A stretch of DNA of 59,231 nt, the filler included, from Catajapyx aquilonaris (Eukaryota): assembly GCA_000934665.2 (NCBI GenBank). It is 2 parts of 2 records of this genome, joined end to end, with 100 filler letters (N's around TTAATTAATTAA, not from the genome) between each part and the next. Parts side by side here need not be neighbours in the genome. Positions count along the whole stretch, not along the records: positions 1 to 29,565 come from JYFJ02004772.1; 1 more part is not named here. One strand, 5' to 3'. How positions within the stretch are numbered: position 1 is the stretch's first letter; each line of letters begins with the position of its first letter. The notes under the pieces are model-generated. The model was not told the DNA's origin. It searched no databases and saw only the letters and a list, made by a program, of their open reading frames with translations. The translations under genes were made by a program, and so were the position numbers. Below are positions 1 to 12,212 of the stretch, piece by piece.

Positions 1-1556
1 CGATCCTCCAAGGAAGACATCCGCACACTCATCACCAGCCCGCCTGGAAGTTCCCTCAGGCTGCAACTGGTCACCACACCAACGACAGATGATGATGGGA
101 AGGGATCATCTCTCCAACTGAGCAAAGTCTGCTTCTTCTGCGGGGAAGGAGGGGATCACCTGGTTCAAGAAATGGGATCATTCAGTCCAGCGGGTCGGAA
201 GAAAGGCTTCGAACACTTACACCGCCTGTTCAAAGATGAGACCAAGCACGTGAATGGGAAGGTGCTGAGGCTGAGATTCTACGTGGATATAGAGCTAGAA
301 GAAGCAAGAGAGAAGAAGAAGAAGGAAGGAGAGATCTCTATTGGGGTCTATGACAGGGCCACACTCGTCACTGAAGAACTGTTGGGTGCCATGGTGGAGA
401 CAAGTCTACAGCCTGTTAAAAGTTTGGACTTTGAATTCCAGCATCCGAACGGAACATGGGATGGCCTTACTGGCTGTCTCATCTATAACAAGTCAGACTT
501 CACTCCACTTGCATATCTCACTGAAGAAACCTTCGCAATTTTTATTCCCACGTATGTGTATGCATATGGGTATGTGACATTCCTGACCAGGCAACCAAAA
601 GGAGTCGTGTCATGGCGGGTGATATTAAGACCTTATCCTCTTCTGTTTTGGATTTTATTCTTAGCAAGCCTCATTTTGTTGTCTGTAGCCACTCATCATC
701 TCTCTCGCTGTAATCGCACAGACAAGAACCACCTGTCCCTTCCTAAATCGTCTGGATATGTCATCCGATACATTATAGAGCAGCCAATAGATTTCACCTC
801 TACACATTTTTCTATGTTCCAAGCTTCCTTTTTCTTCTTATTTGCGACAGTGATTGTCGTTGGATACAAGGCAAAGTTGGTTTCCTTTCTCACGTACCCT
901 CCGAGGGAATATTCGTACCTGCCACTATCCAGGAATTTCTTGATTCCGATTGGGAAGCCGAACTCAGCATGATTCAGTATCTCATAATGAAAAAAGCTAC
1001 TGTATTTGCTAATGACGCATTCGCTAACAAATTGATGGATAGGATGATATTAGGAGGCAGCATCCCCGAGTGCTTAGATAGAGTGGACGAAGAGAATCTC
1101 ATCTGCGGTGGACTGAACCTGCTGCTGGATCGTGAAGTGTATCGATACACCAGCAGTTCGGGTGAACTTAAGGTAAAATACGGCGAAGACAAGTTATTTC
1201 CTACATTCACTTCAGGAGCAGTACCCAGAGGACAGGTTGCACTGTTTCGTCTCTTCAACAATGTTATTCGAATGTATCTTGAGAGCGATCTCATGAACCT
1301 GTTCCTGGAGCAAGAGCTGTACATGAACCTCCTCCGAAGTCTGAAGGACATTCGGGCCGAAGAAGAGAGATACGCAGCATCGCACGTGCCAGAAGAAGTT
1401 CTGACTGTCAAGAAACTCTCTGGAATATTTAACATGTGGCTGCTTGGATTGGGCTGCGGTATGCTCATGTTCATAATGGAATTTGTGAAGCGCCCAGCAA
1501 AGAAAGGCAAAATAACTATCCACCCTATCCACATACAGGAGCCTACATCAGACTGA
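1..1556 (+). pseudogene. Divergent ionotropic receptor (IR/iGluR-like), intronless, 5' end outside window, 1-bp frameshift
   Basis: Frame 1 is open from base 1 (RSSKEDIR...SKVCFFCGEG, the same VCFFC motif as the IRs at 30-36 kb) through S1 (NGTWDGLTGCL..NKSDF), M1 (ILRPYPLLFW) and GYKAKLVSFLTYP. Frame 3 from 915 continues VPATIQEFLDSD into S2 and the last TM (LTVKKLSGIFNMWLLGL), stop at 1556. This is either a pseudogene or a sequencing error. Confidence 0.8.
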
Positions 1557-1694
1557 TCTCTTTGCCGCTCTTCTTTGTTCTTTCAAGTATAATCAACTTG
1601 TGTTAGAATTACTCTTCATTGCTTGTAACCACTTCATGGCACTCTTGATTCACCTTTTAAACACAGTGACTCATCACCAACGTGCATGAAGTAC

Positions 1695-1820
1695 TACTTT
1701 CCCCCTAAGCACGGCAGTAGTGTATGATATACACTACTGCCGTGTTTAGGGGGAAAGTACACGATTTACAATACTGGCCCTCTGTATATTATACAGAGGG
1801 CCAGTATTGTATATCGTGTA
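1695..1820. repeat. Two abutting near-perfect palindromes (~30-bp arms each)
   Basis: tactttccccctaagcacggcagtagtgtat / atacactactgccgtgtttagggggaaagta (1695-1759) and tacacgatttacaatactggccctctgtata / tatacagagggccagtattgtatatcgtgta (1758-1820). Confidence 0.85.
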
Positions 1821-4115
1821 TTGTGTCTCTGCATATTAGTTATTATCCCGTAACTTGTCATGTACTTTTCTGTTTAAAGGAAGTAAATAAAAATGTTCTG
1901 TTGCATTGTAATGATCAAAGAACGGATGTTTTTACCTGTACTTTTTATTCTGTAGACAGAGTACCAGAACCAGAATATCTCTCCGTTTCATAGGACAAGG
2001 ACCTCAGAAATCGTAGTTTTATCAAACTCGTTCGGACATTTGGACCTAAATGGCCTATTAGCGCCTATTTTCACCTGTTTATACCTTTTTGACCCCTTTT
2101 CGTAATATTTTCGGCAGTTTTTACGTATTTTCCGTTCAAGTCATCCCTCCCGCTTCAACCTGGGAATATATCGAAGAAGTATTGTGGCCTATATACTCTA
2201 GAGAATGTCTAGATGAATTCGCCAACCAGCAAATAAAATGTCAATATCTTCTGTATGAAGAAGAGGGTAGTTCATAAGACACTAGCCAAGCAGCTGAAAG
2301 CACTACTGCAACATTATTCTGATGGCGCCTCTTCATTGTCAGCCCACATTGACAGATATAGACTTGGATTCTTTTCTTGGATATGAGAATCATATTAATT
2401 TTCCACCTGCATTGTGTGTTGGTGGACAGCTCCATCCAGGATCGAAGACTCCTCTGGTGCCCATTTTGGAGTTGTTTTTTTTACATGGCATTATAAGATA
2501 AAAGGACGAAAGGCGCTTCCAATATTGCTCTGTTGATGCGCAGTCATTCGTAGTACAGTATTTCCATGACGTGTCACTGTACTCGGTGCATGACGTTTGT
2601 ACGTGGTATTTGATGACGGACTAGCCCCGCCCTACTTTTGTACGTGTCACTCATTCCTCGATTTTCTCTTACGAGCACTTAACGTTCATTGCAGCTTGGC
2701 TTATGATAGTTATTGCTTGTGATACCTGTACTTGTGTGTCTGTCTCAGCTAATTTTTTTTTAACCATCTGATGGATATAAAAGAAAGATGCGTTTACAAT
2801 AAATGTGGGTCTGCATAATATTAACATAATTTTTCTAGTATATACAAAACCTGAAATTGTGAATACAAGTAACAGTATTTATCGATTTGTTATATGTAGT
2901 TATGTAAATGTACGGTACTGTTTTAATAAACACGTAACTTATTATGGTTGTACTGTACATTATTTTTCACGTACTTATGCGAGATCTAATGTCAATATTC
3001 ACAAGGATCATTGACTATTAATATTATTATTATTGTTAATGATGATGATGATGATTTTTGCTGACGGCGGCTGCTTCTTTAAAAACGAATCACAAGTGCC
3101 ATTTAGACATAATTGGATGTGGGCTTTATGCATCCTGTTTGTTGCGTCAAAGGTTCCCATTGGATGAATTGAGTCTGATGAATAGGGATATACATTAGAG
3201 TAAGTTAAAATGTGCTGTACAGTATACCCCCACGATTTTAACAACAGTCTCATTGCACCAGAGGACAGGGAATATCGCTGTGCGTATAAGTGAAGTAACT
3301 AGCGTTAGATTTTGGAGTCGATATTTTTCGCTTGGTTTAATAATGTGTCGCATAATGTCAGTCGTTATCCGATCAAGGTTTTCTTTTTCTTTTTCTTTTG
3401 GCTTCACTATGTCATTGCTGAAGGCCCAATAACTGCATGAATAAATTACAATAAACGTGCTGAGCATTGCTGCAGTTCAAAGTGCAGCACGAAAGAATCA
3501 ACAGGTGAGGTTATATTGATCTTTTGTTATCATTGAACTCTGTATTATTTTCATGTCGACGACGCCTTTAAAAAAAATTAATCTCCATTAGGCCTTAATG
3601 GATGGACAAAATTGAGAAAATCTTTATTACGGTATTATAAAAGGAAAAGTTTGTTTGTTTGTCCAGGCAAAGTTTGCTTGTTTGTTTGTCCAGATTTAGT
3701 TACCATGTCAACCTATATGCGTGGATTTATGTACGGACTAGAAAAGCCCTCATTCGCTCGCATTTTTCTAGGCCTGTGGCCTGCGGTGAACATAAGGATA
3801 ATGGACAAAATTGCGAACATTTTATTATAATTTGTCACCACTTTTGTCCTACTTGGCCATTTACTGATTAGCGCATTATTAATGAGTAAACTGGGCCATA
3901 TTGCTCCATTTCAACTCGAACATCGATTGTGTGAGCAAACTGCGAGTAATATTTTTCTGGGACATTGCGCTCCAATGCCCCATGTAGACCATTTTCAAGG
4001 CCTGCTATTGATCCCTTATATACGCACACAACACATGCTTATAGGAATTCACTAGAGTCTACGTGCTGCGTGTTGTAGCCGGACAGTTAGTTGACCACCG
4101 GGACTATAGCTGGAC

Positions 4116-6446
4116 ATGGGTTGCTCTACCTCATCATCGGTTCATCCGGCCAGCACAAACGGACACGCACAAAGTTTGCCTAGGGTGAGTTTAAATCAGG
4201 TTCAAATATCATCAAGCCAAAATGCTATGAAAATTTGCGCCTATCGTAGCAGGTAGGTGTTGTGAGCAGTATTGGCGTGATCGGTACGGCAGCTGCAGCG
4301 GTACCGAACATACAGAGGGTCCTGGAGCAGCCTGGACAAGGCGCGTTTCAGCCTCAGGACCTATTCTGCGACGCCCAATTTCCGGCCCAACTATCGTCTT
4401 TGAATCTTGCTGAGACGCCTCCAGAAGAGCTGGAATGGAAGCGTCCTCAGGTCAGTACGACAACGACAACAAGCAACAAAGACAGCAACGACAAAATAAT
4501 GGAGATGCAATCAGTCACATTGGAATGATTTTGACGGATTTAATGGATTTGACTGATTTCATGGATTCGACGAATTTGACGGATTTGATTGTTTTGACGG
4601 ATTTGACGGAATCGACTAATTTGACGGATTTAATGGATTTGACTGATTTGACTATTTGACGGATTTAATGGATTTGACTGATTTAATGGATTCGACGAAT
4701 TTGACGGATTTGATTGTTTCGACGGATTTGACGGAATCGACTAATTTGACGGATTTTACTGCATCAAAACTAGTACATCCATTATGCAAATTTGGTTTAA
4801 TTATTCAGACGCACTTGCTCTAACTCCTCGAAATGGAGGTTTTGTAAGTGAGATATAAACCTATAATTACTCTCGATCGATCTGGGAACTGTGGGAAGGT
4901 CAGTAAGTCAAGTGTTTCGTAGTAATTGTCGGGAGCAAGCGCAGTACAATGCAGGCTCATTTAATGTACTTGTATTAAACGTACGGTCAAATGTTTATTG
5001 TTCGTGCTTGTATAATATTAGGAAATGTGCGAGAATCCGTCTCTGTTCGTGGATGGCAGTGCTCGTTGTGATGTGAAGCAAGGTTCTTTGGGCGACTGTT
5101 GGCTTCTGGCATCCATATCTGCCCTGGCTCAGTATCCAAGTCTGATGAACAAGGTACTGGACAAGAGACAGGTACTGATCGGACCTGGGTACGACGGATG
5201 CCTCAGGGTCCGTCTCTGGAAGTTCGGTCGCTGGAGAAGCATCCTGATAGACGACAGACTGCCGGTGGTGGAAGGCAGACTCTTTTTCGCCAACTCTGCA
5301 TTTCCTAACGAGTACTGGGCACCATTGCTGGAAAAAGCGGTTGCAAAGTACGTTAAGTACAAACAAACAAGCAGACAAATCCAATCGTTTCATATATCAC
5401 GCAGGTTTCATTCAAACTACGGCGCATTGGACGGCGGTCTCTGCTTGGAAGGACTGACCTGTCTGACTGGAGGATTGGCCGAACCTGTGGTGTTCCAGCA
5501 GACTGACCCCGAGGGCATCTTTCCTAAGGTAAGAAGCGGTCTTCAGAGCAAGGCGGTCATCACCTGCGCCAAATGGAACGAAATGGAAGGCGGAGGAGAG
5601 TCGACCGGAGACGACGGACTGGTCTCAGGTCACGCCTATTCAATCACTGGAGCCTCAGAGGTCATCCTGGCTGACCAGAGCACAGTCATGCTGGTCAGGA
5701 TAAGGAATCCTTGGGGAGACGACACAGAGTGGAAGGGAGCCTGGAGCGACGGGTATGTTATTGTTCACTATAATGGGTACGAAATAAAGTTGTTTTTTTC
5801 TGATTTAAAGGGATTCGTCGTGGGAGCAAGTGAATCAGGAAGTCCGTGAGAGGCTGGAGGCTGAGAAGGTTCGAGCAAACGGAGAGTTCTGGATGAGCGT
5901 TGAGGATTTCAGGTCAGAGTTCTCCATGATGACCATATGCAACCTGATGCCTGACCTGGACGGAGATGGTGACGGTGACCAAGGCGTGTCGGGTCAGATG
6001 GAAGGTCTTTGGGAGGAAGGCATGGAAAAGCAGTACCAGTATTTGCTTCGACTAAGACCTCTCGAAGATGATGACGACGAAGGGACTTTGTGCTGGGTAG
6101 TACTGGCACTGATGCAAGAACCAGTCAGAGGAACAGATAGAGAAAACAAAGCCATAGGTTTCAGCATATACGAGGTGAGTGTAGCAGCTCTTTTCATTGC
6201 ATATAATGACATTAATTCCAGGCTGAAGAGGACACCTGCAAACCTCTGGATAACCTGGAAGATCAGGACCATCAGTCGACAGAGCCTGAGACCATATCAG
6301 AAGTGGTCTATCGGTTCGAAATGGCTCCAGGAAACTACGTGGTTGTTCCCTTTGCCAGTGATTTGCAACCGGAAGAGAAGAGGCATTTCCTTCTTCGGGC
6401 ATATGCAGCTTCCGGTCTCAACCTTCTGCCTCTTTTGTACCACTAA
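4116..6446 (+). CDS. Atypical calpain 1 (CysPc + short C2-like domain, no EF hands), catalytic triad intact
   Basis: Exons ~4116-4184, 4250-4450, 5022-5347, 5405-5752, 5811-6174, 6222-6446 with phase-compatible GT-AG introns. Motifs: MGCSTSS start, FCDAQFP, WKRP, QGSLGDCW (Cys), IDDRLP, WAPLLEKA, GHAYS (His), RNPWG (Asn), GEFWMS, GNYVVVP, FLLRAY. Confidence 0.92.
4528..4760. repeat. 9-bp tandem repeat (TTGACGGAT-like) in calpain 1 intron 2
   Basis: Repeated ttgacggat/ttaatggat/ttgactgat units. They account for the spurious LTDLMDLTD ORF. Confidence 0.9.
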
Positions 6447-7028
6447 ACAACACACACTGACCGGATTAAGGCTGTGATTAATCATATATGTAAACTCGGA
6501 CCTGCTTATGCTGCTTTGGTCTATGCGAATTTATATGCGATTATATACAATAAAGGCATGTGTTCGTTAAGAAGGAATGGCTGATCTTTCCTGCGGGACG
6601 CTCTTTGTGGCCCCGCCAGGTAAGGTCCGAATGATTCGTTGGAAGCTTATTAAATTTATTGAAAAGTTTCTTTTAGAGAAATATATTGATCAGTGCTCTA
6701 AATAAAATCAAGGTGAACACCATGGACATGTGTGATCTAAAAGTTTGAAAAACTGTCCCATTGGCACCTTGACTCCATTCTTTTTTACTGTATACATCAG
6801 AGTATGTCCTCTTCGTGTATTAGATTACTAGGAAAATTGTATAATATTGCACATGCAATAATTGGGGCCTCGTATAGTGCGCCAACATCGATTGTTTCCA
6901 GGAACGGATGAATCACAATTGGCTGGGGACGATTTTTGACAAGGTTACCATTGATCCAGTGGGTGTATTTAGATATTCAAACACCCCCACCACACACCTT
7001 TTCGCACAGTCGATGTCCAGGCCTCAGC

Positions 7029-10000
7029 ATGGGTTGCACCACCTCTTCACTCTCTCTGGTCACCAATGGACATTTCAAGAGGTTGCACAAAAAAGTTGCA
7101 GCAGATGATGTGAATGGTACTGTGTCGGAAGCTGTACCGTGTATTGAAGAGGTTGACAAGTCAGATACAGCCACTGCAAAGGAGCTGTATTGCGACGAAG
7201 AGTTTTCAGCTGTCGAGTCCTCGATAGGAGATCTTCAAGACGAAATTCCGACAGAACCTGAATGGCGTCGTCCTCATGTACGTATATATCGGTACTGTAC
7301 CTGACACATTTTTAGAAAAAAAAAAAGTTGTCAAAAATATCCCGTTATTGTGATTTCACTCAAAACGAGCGGGTTTTCCCACTCAATTTGAGTGAAAATG
7401 ACCACTCGTTTTGAGTGGAATCTATAAGTTAGAGTGGTCGCCTTAGAAGCCAGAGTTGTTTCTTCTCTTTCAATAGGTTTCTGGGGTAAATATGTAGCAG
7501 ATTTTTTTTTATTGTTGACCCTACACTGTTTGTATTTGCATATAAGCTAAGTGTGATCGATTTATATTCACACGAACATACGATGATATACCGTAGCTTA
7601 TATCAAAAACTGTAATAAGGGGAGGGGGGCCATCTAGGGAATATTGCGAAGTACTTTAGTGTCCTCTTCATGAGTCCATTTCATTGGAAGATATTACATC
7701 AGCGATATAGCGTGTGGTCAGCAACTATTGAAATGATAGCATGTAACTAGTGGGAATGAAGCAATTACGTCAAACTACTAGGTGACCCCAAAGAATCGCA
7801 AAAATATGGTCGGGTGACATTCACGTTGACATTGTCTTTTTTCCAAACAGGAAATATGTGACAATCCGGAACTATTTGTGGAAGGAAGTGGTCGTTGCGA
7901 CGTGATGCAAGGTTTGTTGGGTGATTGTTGGATTCTGGCTGCCATGTCTGGCCTAGCTCAACATCCTCATCTGATGAACAAGGTTCTGGATCCGAAGCAG
8001 GTTCTATGTGGGCCAGATTACGACGGATGCATACGAGTCAACCTCTGGAAATATGGGCGATGGATCACAGTGGTGATCGACGACAGACTACCAGTGACTA
8101 AGACGGAAGATGCTGATGGGTACAGCTTCCTATTTTCATCGTGCGCAAGTTCAAACGAGTTCTGGGTACCGATTCTGGAAAAAGCTATCGCCAAGTAAGT
8201 ACTATAAGAATAATTGACATAATTTGGACAGGAATACTACATAAGAGGCGCAAACTTCTGTCGGCGCCTTTGATGTTCGCGTCTCTCTGTTTGGGGCCGT
8301 TGCCAAGGATGGCGGCCATCTTGAAGTGTGGGGAACGCCAACGAGGTATAAATAGGGTACAGGCAAAAATAGGGTCCGCCATCTTTGATGGTTTTGGCGG
8401 CCATGGCAACTACACGGCAAGAACACGCGCGAATCAAAGATGGCGGACCCTATTGTTGCCTGTAGGCCTACCCTATTATTATACCTCGTTGGCGTTCCCC
8501 ACACTTCAAGATGGCCGCCAGCCTTGGCAACGGCCCCAAACAGAGAGACGCGAAAATCGAATGCTTGGGCCTCTTATGTAGTATATGCTCCCTGATTTGG
8601 ATTTCATGAATGTCGCCAAATGTGTAGGTTGCACACGACTTATGCTGCTCTGAACGGAGGTGCTTGCTTGGAGGCATTGACCTTGCTGACCGGAGGAGTG
8701 TCATATCCGGTAGAGCTGGGCACTGAGGAGCCGAATGTACTGTCGGACCTGGTGACCACAGCACTTCAGGGCAAGGCTATGGTCACCTGCAGCAAAATCA
8801 ATCCAGACGAAGGAGGCGACGAGACAGAGTCCAACACTGGGCTTGTGTCCAACCACGCTTATTCGGTCACCGGTGCCACAGAGGTCACACTGTCCGACGA
8901 GAGTAGCACAGCGGTCAGCTTGGTCAGAGTACGGAACCCTTATGGCGATTCAACAGAGTGGACAGGAGCATGGAGCGATGGGTACGAAAATTGGTTCAAA
9001 AGTGTATGTATAATTGGCCTGGTCTGTGCCTCTGTCCGCGGTGAGAGGGCCATCTATGTGAGAGATATGGTACTAGGCTGCATGAACAGTCGGAGGCAGT
9101 GTTCCAAGTTTTTGCTCATAGAAAGCACTCTCTCTAAAAAAATTCGATTGAATTTTTCATTCGAAAAGAGAGCATTTTCGCAAAATGCTCTTTGTGAGTG
9201 AATTTCACTCTGCAAAGCTTTAATTTCACTCATGTCGAGTGGAAAATTACTCGGGAGAAGAATGAAAATGAGTGGAAGACTCATAAATTTTCAGGGCGTA
9301 AAAATTTTCACTCGAAATGAATGGTAATTTCACTCATCCCGAGTGGAAATTTACTCGGCTGGCGAAGAATGAAAATGAGTGGGAGACTAATTTTCAGTGA
9401 GTGGAAAATTTCCACTCGAAATGAATGGTAATTTCACTCAATATGTCGAGTGGAAAATTACTCGAGAGGAATGAAAATGAGTGGGAGACTAATAAATTCT
9501 CCGAGTGTAAAAATTTTCACTCAAAATGAATGGCAATTTCACTCATCCCGAGTGGAAAATTACTCGGCGGGAGAAGAATGAAAATGAGTGGGAGACTAAT
9601 TTCCAGTGAGTGGAAAATTTCCACTTAAAACGAATGGTAATTTTACTCAAATTGAGCGAATTTCCGACTTAAATTGAGTGAAATGTCTAATGCAAATTGA
9701 GTGAAATGTCTATGCAAATTGAGTGAAATGACCACTCAGTTTGAATGAAGATTTTTCACTCAAGTGCTCGAGTGAGTTCACTCAAAACGCACACATTTCA
9801 CTCAAAATGAATGGTCACTTTGAAAATTTGTGAGCGTTTTTCCACCCATTTTGAGTGGCATCACTTGAGTGAAAATTTCATTCAAAATGAGTGGTCATTT
9901 CACTCAATTTAAGTAGGAAATCAACTCAATTTAAGTGAAATGACCACTCATTTGGAATGATATTTTTCACTCAAGTAATCGAGTGATTTCACCCAAAACG

Positions 10001-11182
10001 AGTGCTCATTTCACTCAAAAGAAGTGGCCTTTCTCAAAATTTTCGAGCTTTTTTTTTTACCTAATGTGAGTGAAATGATAACTCGTTGTGGCTGAAATCA
10101 CTCAATATTATCTGACTGACAATTTTAAACTAAAAATGAGTGGACATTACACTCCATTTATGTAGGAAATCCACTCTCATTTTGAGTGAAAATTTGTCAC
10201 TCAAGTATTCGAGTGATTTCTCCCCATGGGGTTAACGACTTCGGTACTCCTTGGTACTCCTTGAATTTTGGTACTCCAGTGTACACTTTACAGTCGAGTG
10301 GTTAACCCCTTGTTTCACCAAAAAACGAGTGATCATTTCACCCTAATTGAATGGTCACTCTTTGAGCGTTTTCCCACTCAATTTGAGTGAAATGAGCACT
10401 CGTTTTGAGTGGAAATTTTTTACTCAAATTGAGTGGGAAAATGCTCGAATTTTTTTTAGAGTGCAGAAAGTTCTGACCAAACTATGTAATTAAACCTCAT
10501 TTTACGTTTTGAAGGGATGCGATGTGGGATGAGGTGATCCCAGAGGTTCGAAAGGCCCTGGAAGCTGAGCTGGCCATTCCGGATGGAGAGTTCTGGATGA
10601 GCATAGAGGACTTCAGGTACCATTTTTATTGCATGACCATATGCAACCTGATGCCAGACCTGGACGGAGACGGAGACGGAGACGACGTAGTGTCAGGACA
10701 GATTATGGAAGGCGTCTGGGACCAGGGTGGTCCGGATACAAACTTCCAACAATATTTGCTTCGATTGGATCCGATCTCTGAAGGAGAAACCACCTCTTTG
10801 GTCATAGCTCTGATGCAGGAACCTGTCAGAGGAACAGGTCGAGATGACAGATTCATCGGTTTTACCATTCATGAGGTACAGTACGGATTCATAATGTTGA
10901 TCGAAATATTAAGTTAGGAACAGTAAGCTCATGACATCTATTGAATTTTTGAAGGTTGAAGAAGACGTCAGCAGTCCCTTTCCTATTGACGAATTGCCTG
11001 AGCAGAAGTTTGAGAACCCGGGTCCCGCGGGTATATCCGAGCTAACTGAAAGGTACCAGTTGTCTTCCGGGTCTTACGTCGTACTTGTTATGGTTGCAGA
11101 CCTCGAACCTGAAGAGAAGAGAGGCTTCTTACTGAGGGCATATGCGTCGACTGGACTTAGCCTTACACATCTGGCATCATGA
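7029..11182 (+). CDS. Atypical calpain 2, catalytic triad intact
   Basis: Exons ~7029-7277, 7851-8194, 8628-8981, 10515-10875, 10955-11182, with the same intron positions as calpain 1 except the first. Motifs: MGCTTSS, QGLLGDCW, NHAYS, RNPYG, GEFWMS, PDLDGDGDGD, FLLRAY. Confidence 0.92.
8234..8584. mobile_element. Foldback/MITE-like insertion (~350 bp, long inverted arms) in a calpain 2 intron
   Basis: Termini atactacataagagg ... cctcttatgtagtat; internal arms (cgcgtctctctgtttggggccgttgccaagg...agggtccgccatctttgat) recur in reverse complement. The equivalent intron in calpain 1 is only 57 bp. Confidence 0.85.
9126..10463. mobile_element. Non-autonomous TIR element with CACTC termini and dense CACTCAA/TTGAGTG subterminal repeats (CACTA/EnSpm-like)
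   Basis: Left end cactctctctaaaaaaattcga, right end tcgaattttttttagagtg. The interior is built of inverted ttcactcaaa/tttgagtgaa motifs. The superfamily assignment is inferred from the termini only. Confidence 0.7.
10225..10312. mobile_element. Small hAT-like MITE nested in the CACTC element
   Basis: TIRs catggggttaacgact / agtggttaaccccttg; flanks tttctccc / tttcacca (degenerate 8-bp TSD). Homologous to the copy at 58219-58354. Confidence 0.7.
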
Positions 11183-12212
11183 GAAGCAAAATATACCGAC
11201 ATGAAAGTCTGAATTGTTTAAACTGTGCTAATTGTTTAATAAAAGTTTGCAGGGTTTTGCAGGTAAATCACATTATGCACATAATTATGATCTCGGCCTC
11301 TATTATGTAAAAGTTGGTAGTACTGAAACCAAGCTGTAATGGCACAATTTTAGTGTACAATAATAATTCGTGCTGACGTGTACTTTCAAGATTGAAGTAC
11401 TATTGCGACATTTGACATTGGGCCATACTGGCTCATATTGTGGTTAAACAATAATATTTTTTGTGACATGTATTTTTGGACGAATCATTCATAATATGAT
11501 GTAATATCGACAATGTGTAATAAACGCAGCAACTTATGCAACGTTTTGGTCATCCTGATTAATATTTTGAAAATATTGACATTTTGCATGCAACATTTAT
11601 TGGATAATCGATGTTACTTGTAGAAAATGCGCACTGAATTTTTGTGCACAATATTATTCAGTGCACATTTTCTTAGTTAAATATTCTTAGGGAGTGACTC
11701 TTCTAATTTTTTGAGATAGTTGTAATATTTACATTTTCACTAAAGTGATCCAGTGATTTCCATTCAAAAAAGAGTTGGAGTCAAATCAATTATGCGAAAG
11801 AGTGAAAAAATCACTCAAATCGAGTGGAAAATCGCTGGAAATTTTTAGAGTGTACAACTATCTCGAAAATGATAAGGTTCACTTCCTAATATTTAACTCT
11901 GAATTTTATTGTAATTCGGGGCCTAATTACTGTACAGGTCTTAATTTTATTACTGATTAATAAGCTAACACATTGTTTATGCTGACTGAAACAGGCATTT
12001 GTCACTTGACCAAATTGCACATAATATGGTAATAGGGCACATACCGTGTGTCCACAAGACATTGATTTTTCTAGGAACATGAACCGAGTTTTCAGGGACA
12101 TTCGTACAACATTACCAAGGTTGCATTGATTTCAGAGTCAATAATATTTAAATATTCCGGCACCAACATCCGGCCCTTTACGTATATACGCAGTCGATAT
12201 CAGGCTTTTGTC

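Noticed and set aside
905..920. Programmed ribosomal frameshift in the IR
   Set aside because: No slippery heptamer is present at the site; a simple 1-bp deletion explains it.
4435..4659. ORF with LTDLMD repeats
   Set aside because: It is a translation of an intronic 9-bp repeat.
8141..8764. Several overlapping ORFs on both strands
   Set aside because: They are by-products of a GC-rich foldback inside a calpain intron.
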